Below, one piece after another: positions 1 through 13,431 of a stretch of 64,000 bases of DNA (its first letter is position 1; each line of letters starts with the position of its first letter). The stretch is from the NCBI GenBank assembly GCA_050084985.1, contig JBITNC010000001.1:27962001-28026000 (forward strand), given 5' to 3'. Origin of the DNA: Nageia nagi (Eukaryota > Plantae > Pinophyta). The notes beneath the pieces are model-generated. The model was not told the origin of the DNA. It was given only the letters and a program-made list of their open reading frames with translations, and searched no databases. The position numbers and the translations under genes were made by a program.

Positions 1-299
1 CTCTCTGAAGATGAATTAGAGGTGCACAATATTTTTCAATCTCCTTTTGAACATATTTTTAGTTCAATTAGTAAGGATCTCCTAAGGATGCATGCATAGA
101 ACATCTCAGATGACGAGGAATCTTATAACATAACTCCCCACGACTATGGGCAAGGACTATTATATCAAAATGACATGGAATTATTGGCTAGGACTGTTAT
201 AAGATGTTCTGAGGAAGAAAGAAATTATATTAATGTGCATTCAAAAACAGATACACATGGGAGATTGAAAAATGGGACATTACAATACACCCCTCCCAA

Positions 300-2106
300 A
301 GATTGCTTTTCCTCAAGCAATCGAACACAAACAATCCGTTGTCAATAATAATACCAGCGTCCCAAACTAATCTTAAGAAACATGTATAGTGCCATTTGAA
401 ATTAGTACCCAAACTGTCAAAAAATGCAGCCTTAACTCTGTTTACCACTGCCCCTGTTTAGTCTTCATTTAATGTGCCAAAATATGAAGAAAATGGCATA
501 CATAACTGTTCCCACTCTGTTATATCATTAGCCCTTGAATTAGTTATTGATGTACAAGAAATACATTCAATTGGATCACAAATCATCATAACCTTATCAT
601 CAAACGCTGTCTCATTGAATGCAATGGTCATAGCCTTTGAGGGCATCCAGTAAATATTCAATGCTTTTTCCTCTAACAATCCTCATGAATGTAGCCATAA
701 TGTTCAATGGAGAATGCACCTCATTTACATTCAAATGTGGATCTAGAACAATCCTCAACGTTTGATTATTTTTTTACCAATACGTTAGTAACATTAACAT
801 ACCGTAGAATGTGAGTAGGAAAGTCCTTGTACACAGGCTCCTGTAGTGCAACAATAGGAATATCTATCATCATAGAAGTATACTCATCCCATGCATCAGA
901 AAAATTTGTAGCTAACACATTGTTTACTTCTGTGATTAGATCTTGCCCACAATAATTGTCAAAACATGAAGAGTATGGCTGTATATGAATCAAATTTCCA
1001 TCAGCCAACAAATCAGTTCCTAAAGATGTGAAAACAGTCCCAAGATTGAGAATAATAGTGGGTTTATGCATAACAGAAAATTTATCCTTATGTGCAGCCT
1101 TTGTATCAAGTTTTGTAGCTCCCTTTGTATCATCAAAAGGCAAATAATCACCTTCCAGATGCTTGTCACTGTTCACATTATTTAAACAGTACATCCTCTT
1201 TACATCATGATGTTCATATAGTTGTGTAGACAGTTCCTTACCTTCTGTCCCATAGCAATACTATTCATGTTTTTCTTTTTTAAAAACTCTTCCTTTTGAT
1301 AATCATCACTAAGGAATGCAACAATATTCTCTTTTCTTGCAACAGCCAATACATTATCAAATGCAATCCAAACTACCGAAATCATAGTCTCTTTAGTTGA
1401 AAGAAACTCAGCTCCATACAACGTGAAAGATACTGATAATGTCATTGTGTTTATAACAGCAGTAGGCCTGATCATCATTTCTCCAAATGCACAAACCTGT
1501 CCTCCCACAGTCCACATGAAGGTAGTCCTCCAAACGGTCTTCAATAAAAGCCAAACAGTCTTCAACAACAAGTAAGTTGCAACTTTGGACAGCAAACAAA
1601 GGTTAGTATCAACAAATGCTAAGGAGGAAACAATCCTCAATAGCGGAAAGGATACAGCCTTGGGCCACATACATGAAGAAGTCACAACACCTGGATCCCA
1701 AGGAGCTAAGAGCTGATTTGAGAGAGTATAGTGATTCTTACTATGAATTAATACATCATTCTTCAAAATCAAAGGGCTGCAACTATTTTTCATGCTGCTG
1801 TTTTAAGTATTTAGTTTGGTGATCCATCACATATTCCTTATTACTACAAAATGATTTGAAAACCTGAATATTTCCATCATGCTTTGCCATAACAAACTTG
1901 TTACCATCATTAGCTATGTCCTCAACAAGTGTAGGTGTACAAAATTCAAAAGAAACATTTTGGGTCTCTACTACACGTACCTCAAGTGGCGATGCATGAG
2001 TGATCTTAACAATGCCATTACTTATATCATCTTCACCAGTACCATCAAAGGATTCAATAGTCATAGAATTCACATGCACCATTTCATCAACAGTAGTTGC
2101 ATGCAT
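300..2106 (-). pseudogene. Degenerate continuation of the element's long ORF; unknown domain with WDPG-like motifs
   Basis: Chain of overlapping minus-strand ORFs (1783-2106, 1200-1793, 766-1194, 458-679, 230-448) running to the PPT; contains PWDPG and VWDAG. Confidence 0.45.
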
Positions 2107-2890
2107 TTCGAAGGAGCCATTCTGTCATACATACCTTATGAGATAGGGAATTTTCATGTGAAGATTCTTCTATTGGTTGCTCTTCTTTCTTAATCTCTTC
2201 ATTGTCCAAGAAAGGTTTCAACTTCCTCTCACAGTGTTTAACAACACTGTTAACCAACTCATGTGCAGCAGTAGAAGCAACCAAATCTTGCCTCCAAGCA
2301 TCCAATAACATAGATAAGAGTGGTTGGAAAATATAATCACTTTCTTCTATGATCAAAATCATGATATCTCTCATGGCTTAAATGACATTATTAGCATGTT
2401 TCTCTCTAGCTGAAGTAATGAAATGATGAAACATTTGGTAAACCCACTCATCTGTGTCCATATCTATCAAGATGCAACCCATTCTAGTTTTTGCAAATCT
2501 TTCAAGTATGTCAACCCTCCTAGAGAAATGAGAATATGTACCATCTTTCAAACCCTCAAAACTATCAACCAATAATTGATATATTGTTTTCAATGTATTA
2601 TCATCATAAGGAGTTTTCGTTGCAAATATTCTTAAAATTTTGCTCAAACAAGAAGTAACCATGATTCTTACTTGCACATTTGTATGTTTCAACCATCTAG
2701 ACTCGCCCAAAACCTTCACCAACAAAATTATAGCTGCTTGTGGTTGATATATCATTTGCAAATAACCTTCTGTCTCCTCCATTGTGCGAAGGATAACATC
2801 TCTTGGTTGACATAGAAATCCAAATCCACTTCCTACATTAGCAAGTTTCTCAGCCAACTCTTTTCCCTCCAATGGTGCCATGATCTTCAA
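2087..2890 (-). pseudogene. Intronless PDS5 (PDS5C/D/E-type) N-terminal HEAT-region copy inside the LTR element; one in-frame stop at 2378-2380
   Basis: ORFs 2378-2890 and 2087-2374 share a frame (NNVI*AMRDIM). Motifs LKHTNVQVRIMVTSCLSKILRIFATKTPYDDNTLKTIYQLLVDSFEGL, RRVDILERFAKTR, MFHHF and IMILIIEESD...ELVNSVVKHCERKLKPFL align colinearly with plant PDS5 (KHxDxDVKVxVAxCISEITRITAPxAPYDDxxMKExFxLIVSSFExL...KRxSILETVAKVR...MFxHF...IMTLVLEES...CAxKLKxYL). Confidence 0.88.
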
Positions 2891-3605
2891 AACCCTAGCT
2901 CAAAACTCTGAAAAATACCAAATCCACTCAAGACATGACTAGATCTATGCAAAATACCAATGGATTTATTGGATTGATATTTGATCTGCTGAAAAGCTGT
3001 TTTACCCAAAACCTAAAAACCCTAGATCTGATAGATCTACCAAAAACTCTTGTAGATCTACTAGATCTGCTTAAAATACTTGTGAATCTATTGGATCTGA
3101 AATAGATATGGCTGGATCTGATATAATATTGCTAGTTCAGCAGAAATTCCTCTGAAAATTTTAATTAAAACCCCAATCTTCCCTAAAATCCTCAAGCAAA
3201 ATTTTTTCTGACTGGCCAGGATAAGAGATCAAGACTTTTTGTGCCCAAAAATAGATTTCAAACCTGCAAATTTAACCTCCCAAAACTAGACGAGTTATTC
3301 TAGGAATGCAAATTTTCTCAAAAAGATGCTATTTTGGCTCCAAAATTTGCTTTTCAATAGCAAAACTTGTTCAGATGATGTAAACTCAAAATTGCCAGAT
3401 CTGATGGATTAAACCCTGGATTCTGATCAAATAGTTATAGATCTACTTAATCTCCCATAAATCTGCAATACCCAGAAGCTAGAAATCGTTGATCTGCAAA
3501 TGACTGAATTTTTCACAGCGAACTCTAACCCCAAATTCTAAAAGGAAATTACTGGATCAGCTTGATTGCTCCACAGGTTGGCAAGATCCAAGCTTTGATA
3601 CCACT

Positions 3606-4222
3606 TGTGATGTCCTAGTTCTGAAAAATACTAAACCCTGGCCACAGAACATAGTTTTTCTTGCAAACAAAATTTTGATCTAATGGACAGCTGCAAAAAT
3701 TTACTAAAAACTCCCAATATGAGGCAAATCAAGAGTACTTTTGTTAGATCTGCAAATATAGAAGATTCAATGTATAGATTTACACACAAATAATTGGATC
3801 TACATTATTATGGTGAATACAAATTGAAAATCTGAATATATGCAAAAATAACTCAACCCCCAGCCGGATGTTCCCGTGTTAGTTGATCATGAATACCTGT
3901 TCCAATGCCCCCAAATGGCTGAATAACACTCTGAATATCAACAATATTTAAAGCAATATACACCTGTGTAAACCCTGGGTGGATTTTCTAACAAAACTAA
4001 GGGATTAGCCCTTAGATCCAATCAAATAGGAAGGGTCATCACTTGTCTATCTGATTAGGGCTTCCTGAAGAGAGGGATCATCACCAATCCTCAGAAAAAA
4101 TGAGCAAGGATCAGCCTTGTCTCCACGAGAATCACTTGGATCCTCAATTACAATCACCAAATATCACATAACATCACACCACAAATATATACACATGGGA
4201 AAATATAAAATGGGACATTACA
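3606..4222 (-). repeat. 5' LTR (617 bp) of the PDS5-bearing element
   Basis: TG...CA ends with a 10-bp imperfect terminal inverted repeat; adjacent PBS. Confidence 0.85.
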
Positions 4223-4763
4223 CTTTTCAACATACTCAATCAACTTACCATTGTCTCTTGTGAACCTGGTCTGGCTGGAAATCACAAAGATTCCTCTGAT
4301 TCTATTCTATGACTTTGGATGATAGAAAAGGAAAAATATCCTGTAGCTTGTGTAGCCTTTCTTGTCTCTGTGTTTTGTTAACATATAACTATGCTTCCCA
4401 TCAGTATTTATCTCCTAATCAATGTGGTAATCCTGTCCATTATCTCCTGATTTGCATATTCATGCCATCCATTATCCCTCACAATGGGTTATGGATAAAC
4501 AAAAAAGCCAAACAACAAAGAGCGTTTTTGCAAAGACGAAAAGAAATTAAGTATATCAAGCATGGTTGAAATGATCTCACTTGGTTCGTGGTTGCATCAT
4601 AAGTCTCTGGCCATGTAACTTGGGCAAAAATGAGACTGAAGTATGAAACTTACATTCTGGTATCTGTGAGATTTTGTTTTGATTCTTTAATGCTTTTTCA
4701 TGAACAAGAAAGAAGTTCACTCCTTATAACTTGAGTTCTCCTTCCTTCTATTAATGAATACAG

Positions 4764-4913
4764 GCTATAATGAGCCCACAAATGTCATCATTGCTATTTT
4801 TGGTCGTGGGGTTGTCAATGGCTCTTACGCCATGGCTTGCAGCTGGTGGTCAATTGATTGCATCTCGTTTTGAACAACATGATGTGCGAAGTCTATTACC
4901 AGCTGAGAGTGAG
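4764..4913 (+). CDS. KEA2: K+ efflux antiporter (KEA1/KEA2 clade), internal exon: end of the CPA2 transmembrane domain
   Basis: tacag|GCT...GAG|gtgaat; 150 nt; AIMSPQMSSLLFLVVGLSMALTPWLAAGGQLIASRFEQHDVRSLLPAESE, recognisably the plant KEA1/2 sequence. Upstream exons lie outside the window. Confidence 0.95.
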
Positions 4914-5158
4914 GTGAATCATTTATTGTTCTTCTTAGTCTAATTCTTTAATTTTTTTTAAAACATTAAAAGGGGAAGCCTATAAAATACTGGCTTTTGG
5001 GAAAAGTGTGAAACTGTGAAATTTAAGAGATGTATTGCTACTTGTTAGTTGATGAAAAATGTCTCACCATTTTTGCATCTATCACAACCAAAAGATAAAT
5101 ATGACCTGGGGTTGAGTTAAGGTTACACAATGATTGCTGAAATGACATTTGTTTGCAG

Positions 5159-5212
5159 ACGGATGATCTTCAAGACCATATCATAATATGTGGATTTGGT
5201 CGCGTGGGTCAG
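5159..5212 (+). CDS. KEA2: KEA1/KEA2-like exon: start of the KTN/RCK (TrkA_N) domain
   Basis: tgcag|ACG...CAG|gtatag; TDDLQDHIIICGFGRVGQ with the GxGxxG nucleotide-binding motif. Confidence 0.95.
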
Positions 5213-5335
5213 GTATAGCTGTTCTTTTCCTTTTCTTGATCCGGATATTAATGGAACATTCAACTGCAGTGGTGTTTGCTCTATTTTTGTGGTCCTTACT
5301 CTCACTTGGGGCCATCTGACGTGGTTTTAATACAG

Positions 5336-5394
5336 ATTATTGCACAACTGCTATCAGAAAGTCTTATTCCATTTGTGGCACTAGATGTACGAAG
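5336..5394 (+). CDS. KEA2: KEA1/KEA2-like exon (KTN domain)
   Basis: tacag|ATT...AG|gttcgt; IIAQLLSESLIPFVALDVR(S); its phase-2 end matches the exon at 19689. Confidence 0.95.
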
Positions 5395-8300
5395 GTTCGT
5401 CTGACTCTAATCTAGTTGCATTTGCTCCATTACATTTCATGTAAAATAGTGAAAATTTCAGTGTATTTAAATACGAAAAAAATGGGCTTCAGGCCAAATT
5501 TAAAAAAAATGGAAAAAAACACGAAAAACACAAACAGGAATATTTTAAAAGAGGAATATGATGTTTTATTGTGAATACTGGGAGGGCAAAAAACGTGAAT
5601 AAACAGAAAACACACGTTTATTCAAAAAATTTGTATACTATGAGTGAAATGTTTGGAGTTAATTACTTCTATGTATATTTTTTTGTTGAGGTTTCTATTG
5701 ATTTCTTTTCAGGAATGAAATTCATATTTATCTTGTTTTGGTGGACATTTTTCCATGAATTTATATGCATATGCTTTATATTGCAGTTGTTCAAGCTGTA
5801 TATACAGAAGTCTTTTTAGCTACACAAGACTCGAGGAAGGTTTAATAGCAAGCAATTGGAAACATATAAGATTATGCCATTTAAGTAAGAATATTTAACC
5901 ATGGAAAATGGAGGAGGTACAAGTAAGTCGGATAACCCTTCAAATTTGGCATATTTAAAGGAGGAATAATATCCAAATTTACCAAAGCTCATCTGATGCT
6001 TATTCTCCAAAAAATGTGAAATAAAGCAATTCATTAAACTTTGTCAAGAAATTTCACAGGTAGCTTCCTTAGTTGGAATAGCAGGAGTCCAAAATTCCAA
6101 ATTAAAATGGAAGTTAATGGCTTCTAGATGCTTTTTCATAAAGTATCGTTGCAAAGGAAAGGTGTAAAAATGTTGAATGAATGAATAAATGTATGTCATA
6201 TCAAAAGTGCAGTAGATTAATTAAAGGTAAGGTGGTTAGAACCATTTACTACCCTAAGTAACTACCCATTCTCTAGAGGAAAGTTTTTAAAAAGGCATTG
6301 CCATACTTGGCCACGTTCACCAATCAATGCTGGAAGTATAACATTACTGATAACAGAAATATTTAACATGTGAAACATATGATGAAAACTAATTCTTGAA
6401 TTCTTACACAATGTTCAAGTCTTAATTCATTGTGTATAGGAATCTACTGGACTGTAAGATGTTAAGAACTGTGATCGATTAAGTGAGAAACAGTTGCTAC
6501 TATTGATATCAAATGAGGCATGTGTGGTGATTTATTATCAGTAAGATGAAAAGGTGGAAGATCCCTCGTACATTGAAAATATTGTAAAGAGATCAAAATA
6601 TAATTATGAAATGCTGTTTAGAGTTATTTCCAAATTAATAAATAATATTATGCTGTAATTGGATTTAGGTTATGGACAATTATATTTTTTGTTATGAATT
6701 TACATTATATGTATAGCTTGGCCACCTACCAACCTGACCTATAACCTTAACCAAATAGCTAACTATAGAACCGTCCAAAATATAAAGTGGACTCATCTTT
6801 TTTAAATTAAAACCAAATAAATGATGTAATATATCCATCAGAGATTCAATGGTAATGCTGCACAGGGCTTAAACACTTGCATTGAGCTGACAATGATGGT
6901 CAATCAAAATTATAGGATTGGGGAAGCAATGATTTGCTATCACTGTTATAGCCTTAGGGAGCTATGTAGTTTGTTATCACTATCACAGTTTCTTGTTTAG
7001 CTAGATATACATTTAAGTTTTCTGAAACAATTGGAATCTTCTTCCTCTATCATGTAGTCTATTTACATGTGTTTGTTCAAATGTACACCACTGTAGGTTT
7101 GGAGCCTTTGACCAAACTTGTAGTAAATGAAACCTTTTCAAACATCTAAATCTTGAAGTTCATTTGATGTAAGATTGAAACCAACAGCTCCTTTCTAGGT
7201 ACAAAAATAGGTTCATTAATCGAGGGGAAACTTTTTACAAGATTTGAACATGCATTTGTAATCCAATTTCACCTATGATGGAAATGGGCCTTCAGTGTAC
7301 TACGAAGCATATATATAATATATGTGGAGTATCTAGCTTATCACAGAGAAAGCAACAATTGTATGACTTCCTATTGAAGTCACCTGATATGGGAAGAGTA
7401 TAATAACCACCATCTCAATTGTGACCATATTATATGTTGTTTTTTATTCTTTTATAAAAACAAACACAACCATATTCAAGGATATGGATTCCTCTGGATA
7501 TTTTCCCTTCTGATTTAATTCTTATTGACAAAAAGGAATTGAACTTAAATGTGGATGGAAAGGTTAATACTTAAAAATAATGACCTGATTCAAGAATTAC
7601 TTGGCTGCTTATAAAAGCAAGGATTGTAATTTTTTGTAGTTGTCTTTTATGCTTGTTTTAAATCTTTTCTTTCTTTAGGCTGGTTGCTAGACTCCAGGTA
7701 AGTATTACTGGGCTAGCCTTCTTTTGCATTGTATAAGGGTAGAGGCTTTTTCAATCCCTCTTGTTACCTTAAGTGAAAAAAAAAAAAAAAACACCATCAA
7801 TGACATTTTTAAAGCTTGGAAAGACTTTTTTTCCATGTAATTAAGTGATGTTAAGGTGCCACCTAACACACCCAAGGATCTAGATGAACCCATAGCAATT
7901 CTGAAGAACTATAGTAATAAAACATCTATTAAGATCTTCAATTAGTGCAAGATGATGGTTATTGAAGATATTATAGGAAAATGATTTAACAGATAGTTTT
8001 ATTGCCACCAAAATTAACTAGTAAATAACAAGAGAAAAAGGTGAATGAGGTGGTCACTGGTGCATATTTTACTAGTAAACTATACATAGAACAGTTGTAT
8101 GCTTTTCTTATTAGAGGACAAAGAATGACGTTGACTGGGATGCACATACTTGGGAATGATAACTCTGCAATGGGGGTAACAATCATAAAGTGTTACACTC
8201 AAAAGACTAGAGCAACCAGAACACATGGGTACCATGTTGAAAACCAAATAAATTTATAAATAGAGGAAGCCAGTGTAGGGATTGAAACCATAGTAGTCAT

Positions 8301-9574
8301 ACTTTGACTAGGTAAAACCTTGCAAAACATTTTTGACTGGGCGAAATGTTTTCCTAAATGTGGTTGAAACTTGAACCTAGTCAAATAAAAACAAATTGCA
8401 TGTCAAGTGCAGGTTATTCATAGCCTCAACTCGGCTTGCGACTCAGTGAGTTATTAATTATTTGTGTGAATCATAAGTGAAACGGACAGGTCATGTTTAA
8501 CGTGTGAGAACTTTTAAAAATAATTAGTAAATAGAAAATAGGATTTCATCTTCATACCAATTAATCTAGATGTATCTGCACTGCACCTTTGGCAATGCTT
8601 TAGTTGACAGGGGGCTTCCTTGAACAATCCTTTGACTTTTGCAACTACATAGTGTATATCAAGAAGCAGCATGCCGCTTGCTAGACAACTTATTTGTGAT
8701 TTCCAAGGTCGCCTACCCATCATTTATGAATATCAGATGGGCATGCACATTGGTTTGCAGGCTTGGCCAAATTAAAAGCAAGCATCACTGTAATTTGCAA
8801 TATTTAACTCAAAAGACTGTTGCTCTTTATATAAAATCAGGTTGATTCAGTAGTGCATATGATCCAGAAACCAGCTGCAAAGATAAATTGTCCCATAAAT
8901 AGTGCATAAATCCAAGTCTAAAACATCTCTGTTACAGAATTATAAGCAATTTGGCCATAGGCATTGGTGTCTCTTGACTACAAATCCCAGTGGTCCTCTT
9001 GACAAAACGCAATGTTCCTTTGTATTGGCATCAAATTCCAGTATTCTTTTCTATTGTTAAATCCAAGTGTTCCTTTTGATTTTATGCAGTGTTGCATCCT
9101 TCACCTTTTATCAAACAGTTATTGCCACCTCTTTCAAGCATCATCGTTTGAACTGCTATTAATCAATTTGTGTTTACCAATACTGTTGTATATCAAGAAT
9201 TTTTTGCCTTAGATTTTGGGGGATCATGTAATTTGAGAGAATGCTGGAATTGAAGTAATTAATTTACTTGGCCATATTTCCTTTATCAAGCATGGAAAGG
9301 TTGATAATATTCCTAATTTCAATATTTACGTGTTAGAAATTAAGCAAATGGACCAGTGGAATGCTTGTTTAATCAGATAATGAATTTCCTTTGTCTTGTT
9401 TATTGCTAATGTGCAGTTACAGTTTCTTCTATACTGAATATGGAAATTGTAATCTGATTAGATGTGTTAGAATTGTTGCTGTAGACACAGAAAAGAGAAC
9501 AATGTATTAAAATAAATATATTTATTTATGTTTACGAAGGAAAATAGATTAATAGTTAAATTCAATATCGAGAT

Positions 9575-10195
9575 CAATTAAGATTTTAGAAATTGAAAAA
9601 GGAGATACAAAGAACTTATCTGGATGATTGGGGATTGGAAGTTTGCTGGTGGACAACCTGTGTTTTTTGAGGGTGAACCCTAACTGTTTCCGATCCAGAT
9701 AATTTTGGAGATGATAATTTTGAAATGATTTTGTCAAAGATGATGCTTGAAGCAATATGCAGATAATCTAGATCATCCTTGTTCGACCATTGAGGTTGCC
9801 AAGCCTTGGGACCAAAGCATTAACATTTTGGACTTGCAATGCTAGAGTGTTGGGTGTTCTAGGCTTGGGTGCCAAAATGTTGGGCGTTCTATGTTTGGGT
9901 GCTAAAAACATTGGATGTTTGAATGCTTGTTTAGCCTTATGCTTTGCTGCTTTGGTTGCTTGGATAATTTTGATGATATTGCATGATGATAGAAGATAAA
10001 CTTGTGTGATGATGATTGCTTATGATCTTTCGAATGTCTTGCTTATTATATTTCTTTTTCACTATCATATATAGAATGAACACTTGGGAGTGCTTTATAA
10101 ACGATTCACAAATTTGATTGAGTTCAACTAGATGACCCACTTAAAACAATGTGCTTAATTAAAATATATCATTTAAGTTATTTCAAAATAACGCG
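9575..10195. repeat. LTR-like fragment homologous to 18430-19030
   Basis: Colinear shared blocks, e.g. ggagatacaaagaacttatctgga, gctagagtgttggg, gatagaagataa(a/g)cttgtgtgatgat, gattcacaaatttga. Confidence 0.65.
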
Positions 10196-10649
10196 AAGTG
10201 TGTCCAAAATTTCACCTTGTTTCTTGGTCTTGTCCATCTAGGCTCCTTCAAACTCACAATTGGTCACGTTAGGTGCTGCCATAGAGGCCAATATACAAGG
10301 CGATGCGAGCCCCTATTTTATCTCCATCGCCTTAGCTTCAAGCTCCTCTTGTTAGGTCATTCGTGTTGTTGACTAGCAAGTCGGATCCAGAGTACATGGA
10401 ACCCATGACAAGCCCGTGAGAGTTGATTCTTGAAGCCTATACTAGTCGGTGAGACCATTGAGCTTTTGTGCCGAATTTATATATCACTGTCTATTCAACC
10501 TTTTTCTTTTATTTTCATTTTTTTTTCGCATAGCTTTCACAACCCACTTTTTTTTCTTTTCTTTTGAGAAACAACTATGTCCAGAGATAGGGACCCTTCG
10601 AGTCCTTGATTAACAAATGATATTTGAGTTGGGAACAACTTCAAACATC

Positions 10650-12562
10650 TCAACCAGTCTCTTGAGCAACCTTTGCCACACCCCATCACGAGACCTTTGA
10701 GGTAACCAGTCCTCATAGCGGCTAGGGGTCACACCCTATCACTTAGGTGTTTGTGTCTTTCCACGAGCCTTGCAAGCACATTTACCCATTCTTGATGACC
10801 CATGGATCCATGATGAGTGGACCCTTTATCCCTCGGGCTGTGTGCGATCTTGTCAAACTTGGCTCCCTCTCCATTCTATCCTCCTCCCTTGGCTTTTCTT
10901 CTTTAGCTAGATTAGGACGTGGGGCGATCACCTACCTTTTAGGCACTTCTTGACCTCCAACGAACCTATTGATGGCGGTCATCTGCTTTTGCATGTTGGT
11001 TATCAAACTCGTCATATTGTGTTTGGTTGAAATGAGCTTGTTGAATTTCCTCTCCGGCGTAGACTCTCTAGCCGGGGTAGAGCAACTCCTCCTGGCCGAT
11101 GTGGATCTACCTCTTTCCCCCTCATTGCCCTCATCAGGAACATCATTCATCCAAGGTCGACGGTCCTCATGTTGAGCGCCTCTGGTAGGGGTTTCCTCAT
11201 GTTGCAACTTTTCACTCTTCTTTGCTGAGGCCATCTCTCTCCTAGTGCTCAAACTGGTGTAGTAGTTGTGAACTGCAGGTTTCATTCACTGGTTGGCCAG
11301 ATCCAAGATCTGATACCACTGTAAGATCCCAATCACAAACTCAAGTACAAATAAGCAATTTCAACCAAGCAAATACCCACGTCTGGGCTAGAAGTGCAAA
11401 TACAAGCATAAACTACCTCACAATGCCAATGTAAGGTTTAGGGCATCCAACTTAAGCATAAAACAACACAATAATGCCAATGTCTGGCTTATACATGCAT
11501 GGATGAACAATAACACTTCAACGTTGCAATAATGGAGAAATACACAAGATAATATTAAGATCCAAATGCCCAATGGTTGTATTAATGATATGAATGACAA
11601 TGATACAATACGAGGCCCAAAAGGGCGCAACGTTGGCCTCCAAGGAGCCAACTAGGGCACAATGTCTACACAAATGTGATCAATGCTGGAACTGCGGAAC
11701 AATGGATGGGATAGCCACACTCCCTCAAGCCCAAATGCTCTGTTGCAGAACTCCCATGCCTGGAAACCATTGAAGGTAGGAATGTGACCTTGGAATCCCA
11801 TCAAATGGACTAAGATGCTACACCTTAGCCGTAGATCAACAGGATCCCTTAGCTTGCTAACCCTCCTATATGCTGCACCTAGGGATGTTTCTTAACGTCG
11901 TGCCAAGACTTCTGTCAACTAGACAGTATAAGTAATAATGATAAACAAGTATATCCAACAATGATGCTCCAAGGCCTAATATAGCTCACACTGGATATGG
12001 ATCTCACCTCAAAGTCATCACCCAACCTTCTTGTTCCAACGTTGGCTTCCTAGAAGCCCCACAAACCCCATGAAGGTGCCTAGGCATCAATCCAAGCCCA
12101 ACGTAAGTATTTGGGCCCTCTTCATGCTCCACTTGGGTCCTCAAGCTCGATGTGGGTCTAGAGGTCATGCATGGGTCTAGAAGGCATGCACGGGTGTCGT
12201 GGGTCAATGTGGGGATCTAGGAATCTCCCCAAGGCTGGTGCATGTGTACAAGTGCTCCCAATTCCAACGTTGGGGCAATTAGGTGTTTGTCCATGCTCTA
12301 GTGATGTCTAAGTGCTAAATAAGCCTTGGGATTCCCACACTCACTTCTTGGGATCTCCAATCACATAAAATCATATTAAATCACACTAGCCTATGCTTGG
12401 GAGGAAGATGTCCCACTTGGGGCAAATAGTGGTGTCCAATGGACCTTTATATCTTCTGTCCCAAGTACTAATCACTAAAGCACAATTAAATAGATGAATA
12501 TATACAAAGGGGAATCCGTTGGATTCCATAATTAATTACAATGAGTAAAGGGGGATGTCACA
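10650..12562 (-). mobile_element. Truncated Gypsy element: 5' LTR 11320-12562, PBS, start of a gag-like ORF
   Basis: LTR ends TGTAAGATCCC...GGGGATGTCACA; PBS TGGTATCAGATCT at 11306-11318; ORF 10932-11285 (MKPAVHNYYT...) starts just after the PBS; LTR homologous to 33573-34805 and 61816-62977. Confidence 0.8.
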
Positions 12563-12569
12563 ATCAGGG

Positions 12570-13431
12570 CATATGCAATGTAGAGGAGGGGTATTATAGA
12601 TGATTGCCTTGCAATCGCTAGGGTTATGCTAGCTACAACTACCAAAGCTTGAGCTTTTCTAAGCTCCTCTACTTGGAGTTGAGTGAGGTTGACATCCAAG
12701 TAGATCTTGGTAGGTAAAGTAAATAATTTTTTTTTTGCTTTCAATGCTTGTATTCAATCAACTGCAAATCTGAAACGGATTATATGAGAATCATCATATA
12801 TTGCCCATGCTTTCTCCACCATGATATCCTTAAAATCAAGGTTCTCATTGAGGAAATCCATGTTGGTTTTGAGGGGGTCTCTAGGTTTAGGAAGGCCACA
12901 AACTCAGAGAGTGAATTGTTTGTTGTGGCAAATGAGTTCGTCTTCAAATTTCACATTCATTGCCATTTCCACAATTGGTGAAATCTTTTTTCCCTTTACA
13001 ACTTGTACACAAGAATTTTGTTCTTAAACCTGTTTTTTGCATTGATTAATATTGGTTTGTCTTTATTGGATAATGCAAGCTTGTTGTGTAATGAGTTCTG
13101 ATTGTTTGGTGTTATGAAATTGTGTCCTTTAGAGCATGGGCATTCTAAGAAGACAATATTTTGAGTTGCAATCAAACACAAAAAAAAGCAAAATTGTATT
13201 ATGATCTAGCTTGAAGTTGCATAACCTATAGTAGGTACATTTGAAATAAATACTATACTTTAAGCATAGTACCTTTACAGGTGCATGATGTTCATAGTTT
13301 TTGGAAGATCCTTACTATTAATGGTTTACAATTTGTTTGATGTGGGGATTTCCCTCCATTACTTAGTGTATTGAGTATTATTCCTGCACTTTGCCCTACG
13401 GGTACATTAGTAGCCATGAAAGAATAGTTTC
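12570..13431 (-). mobile_element. Decayed LINE ORF1-like fragment
   Basis: KLFTLPTKIYLDVNLTQLQVEELRKAQ resembles the IYxxEDLT-type C-terminus of LINE ORF1 proteins; heavily decayed. Confidence 0.3.

Larger units (their letters stand above)
251..4222 (-). mobile_element. Non-autonomous Ty3/Gypsy-type LTR element carrying a PDS5-like ORF
   Basis: 5' LTR 3606-4222 (TGTGATGTCC...GGACATTACA inverted ends). PBS TGGTATCAAAGCT (tRNA-iMet type) at 3591-3603. On the minus strand, CTTGAGGAAAAGCAATCTTTGGGAGGGGTGTAT (chromovirus-like end plus PPT) runs into TGTAATGTCCCA at 284, the start of a 3' LTR. No gag/RT/INT motifs seen. Confidence 0.8.

Noticed and set aside
5455-5630. Sequence resembling the end of the MITE at 36107-36309
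   Set aside because: Only one terminus is recognisable and there is no TSD; too decayed to delimit
7080-9200. Possible LINE ORF2 remnants
   Set aside because: No continuous diagnostic motif could be read
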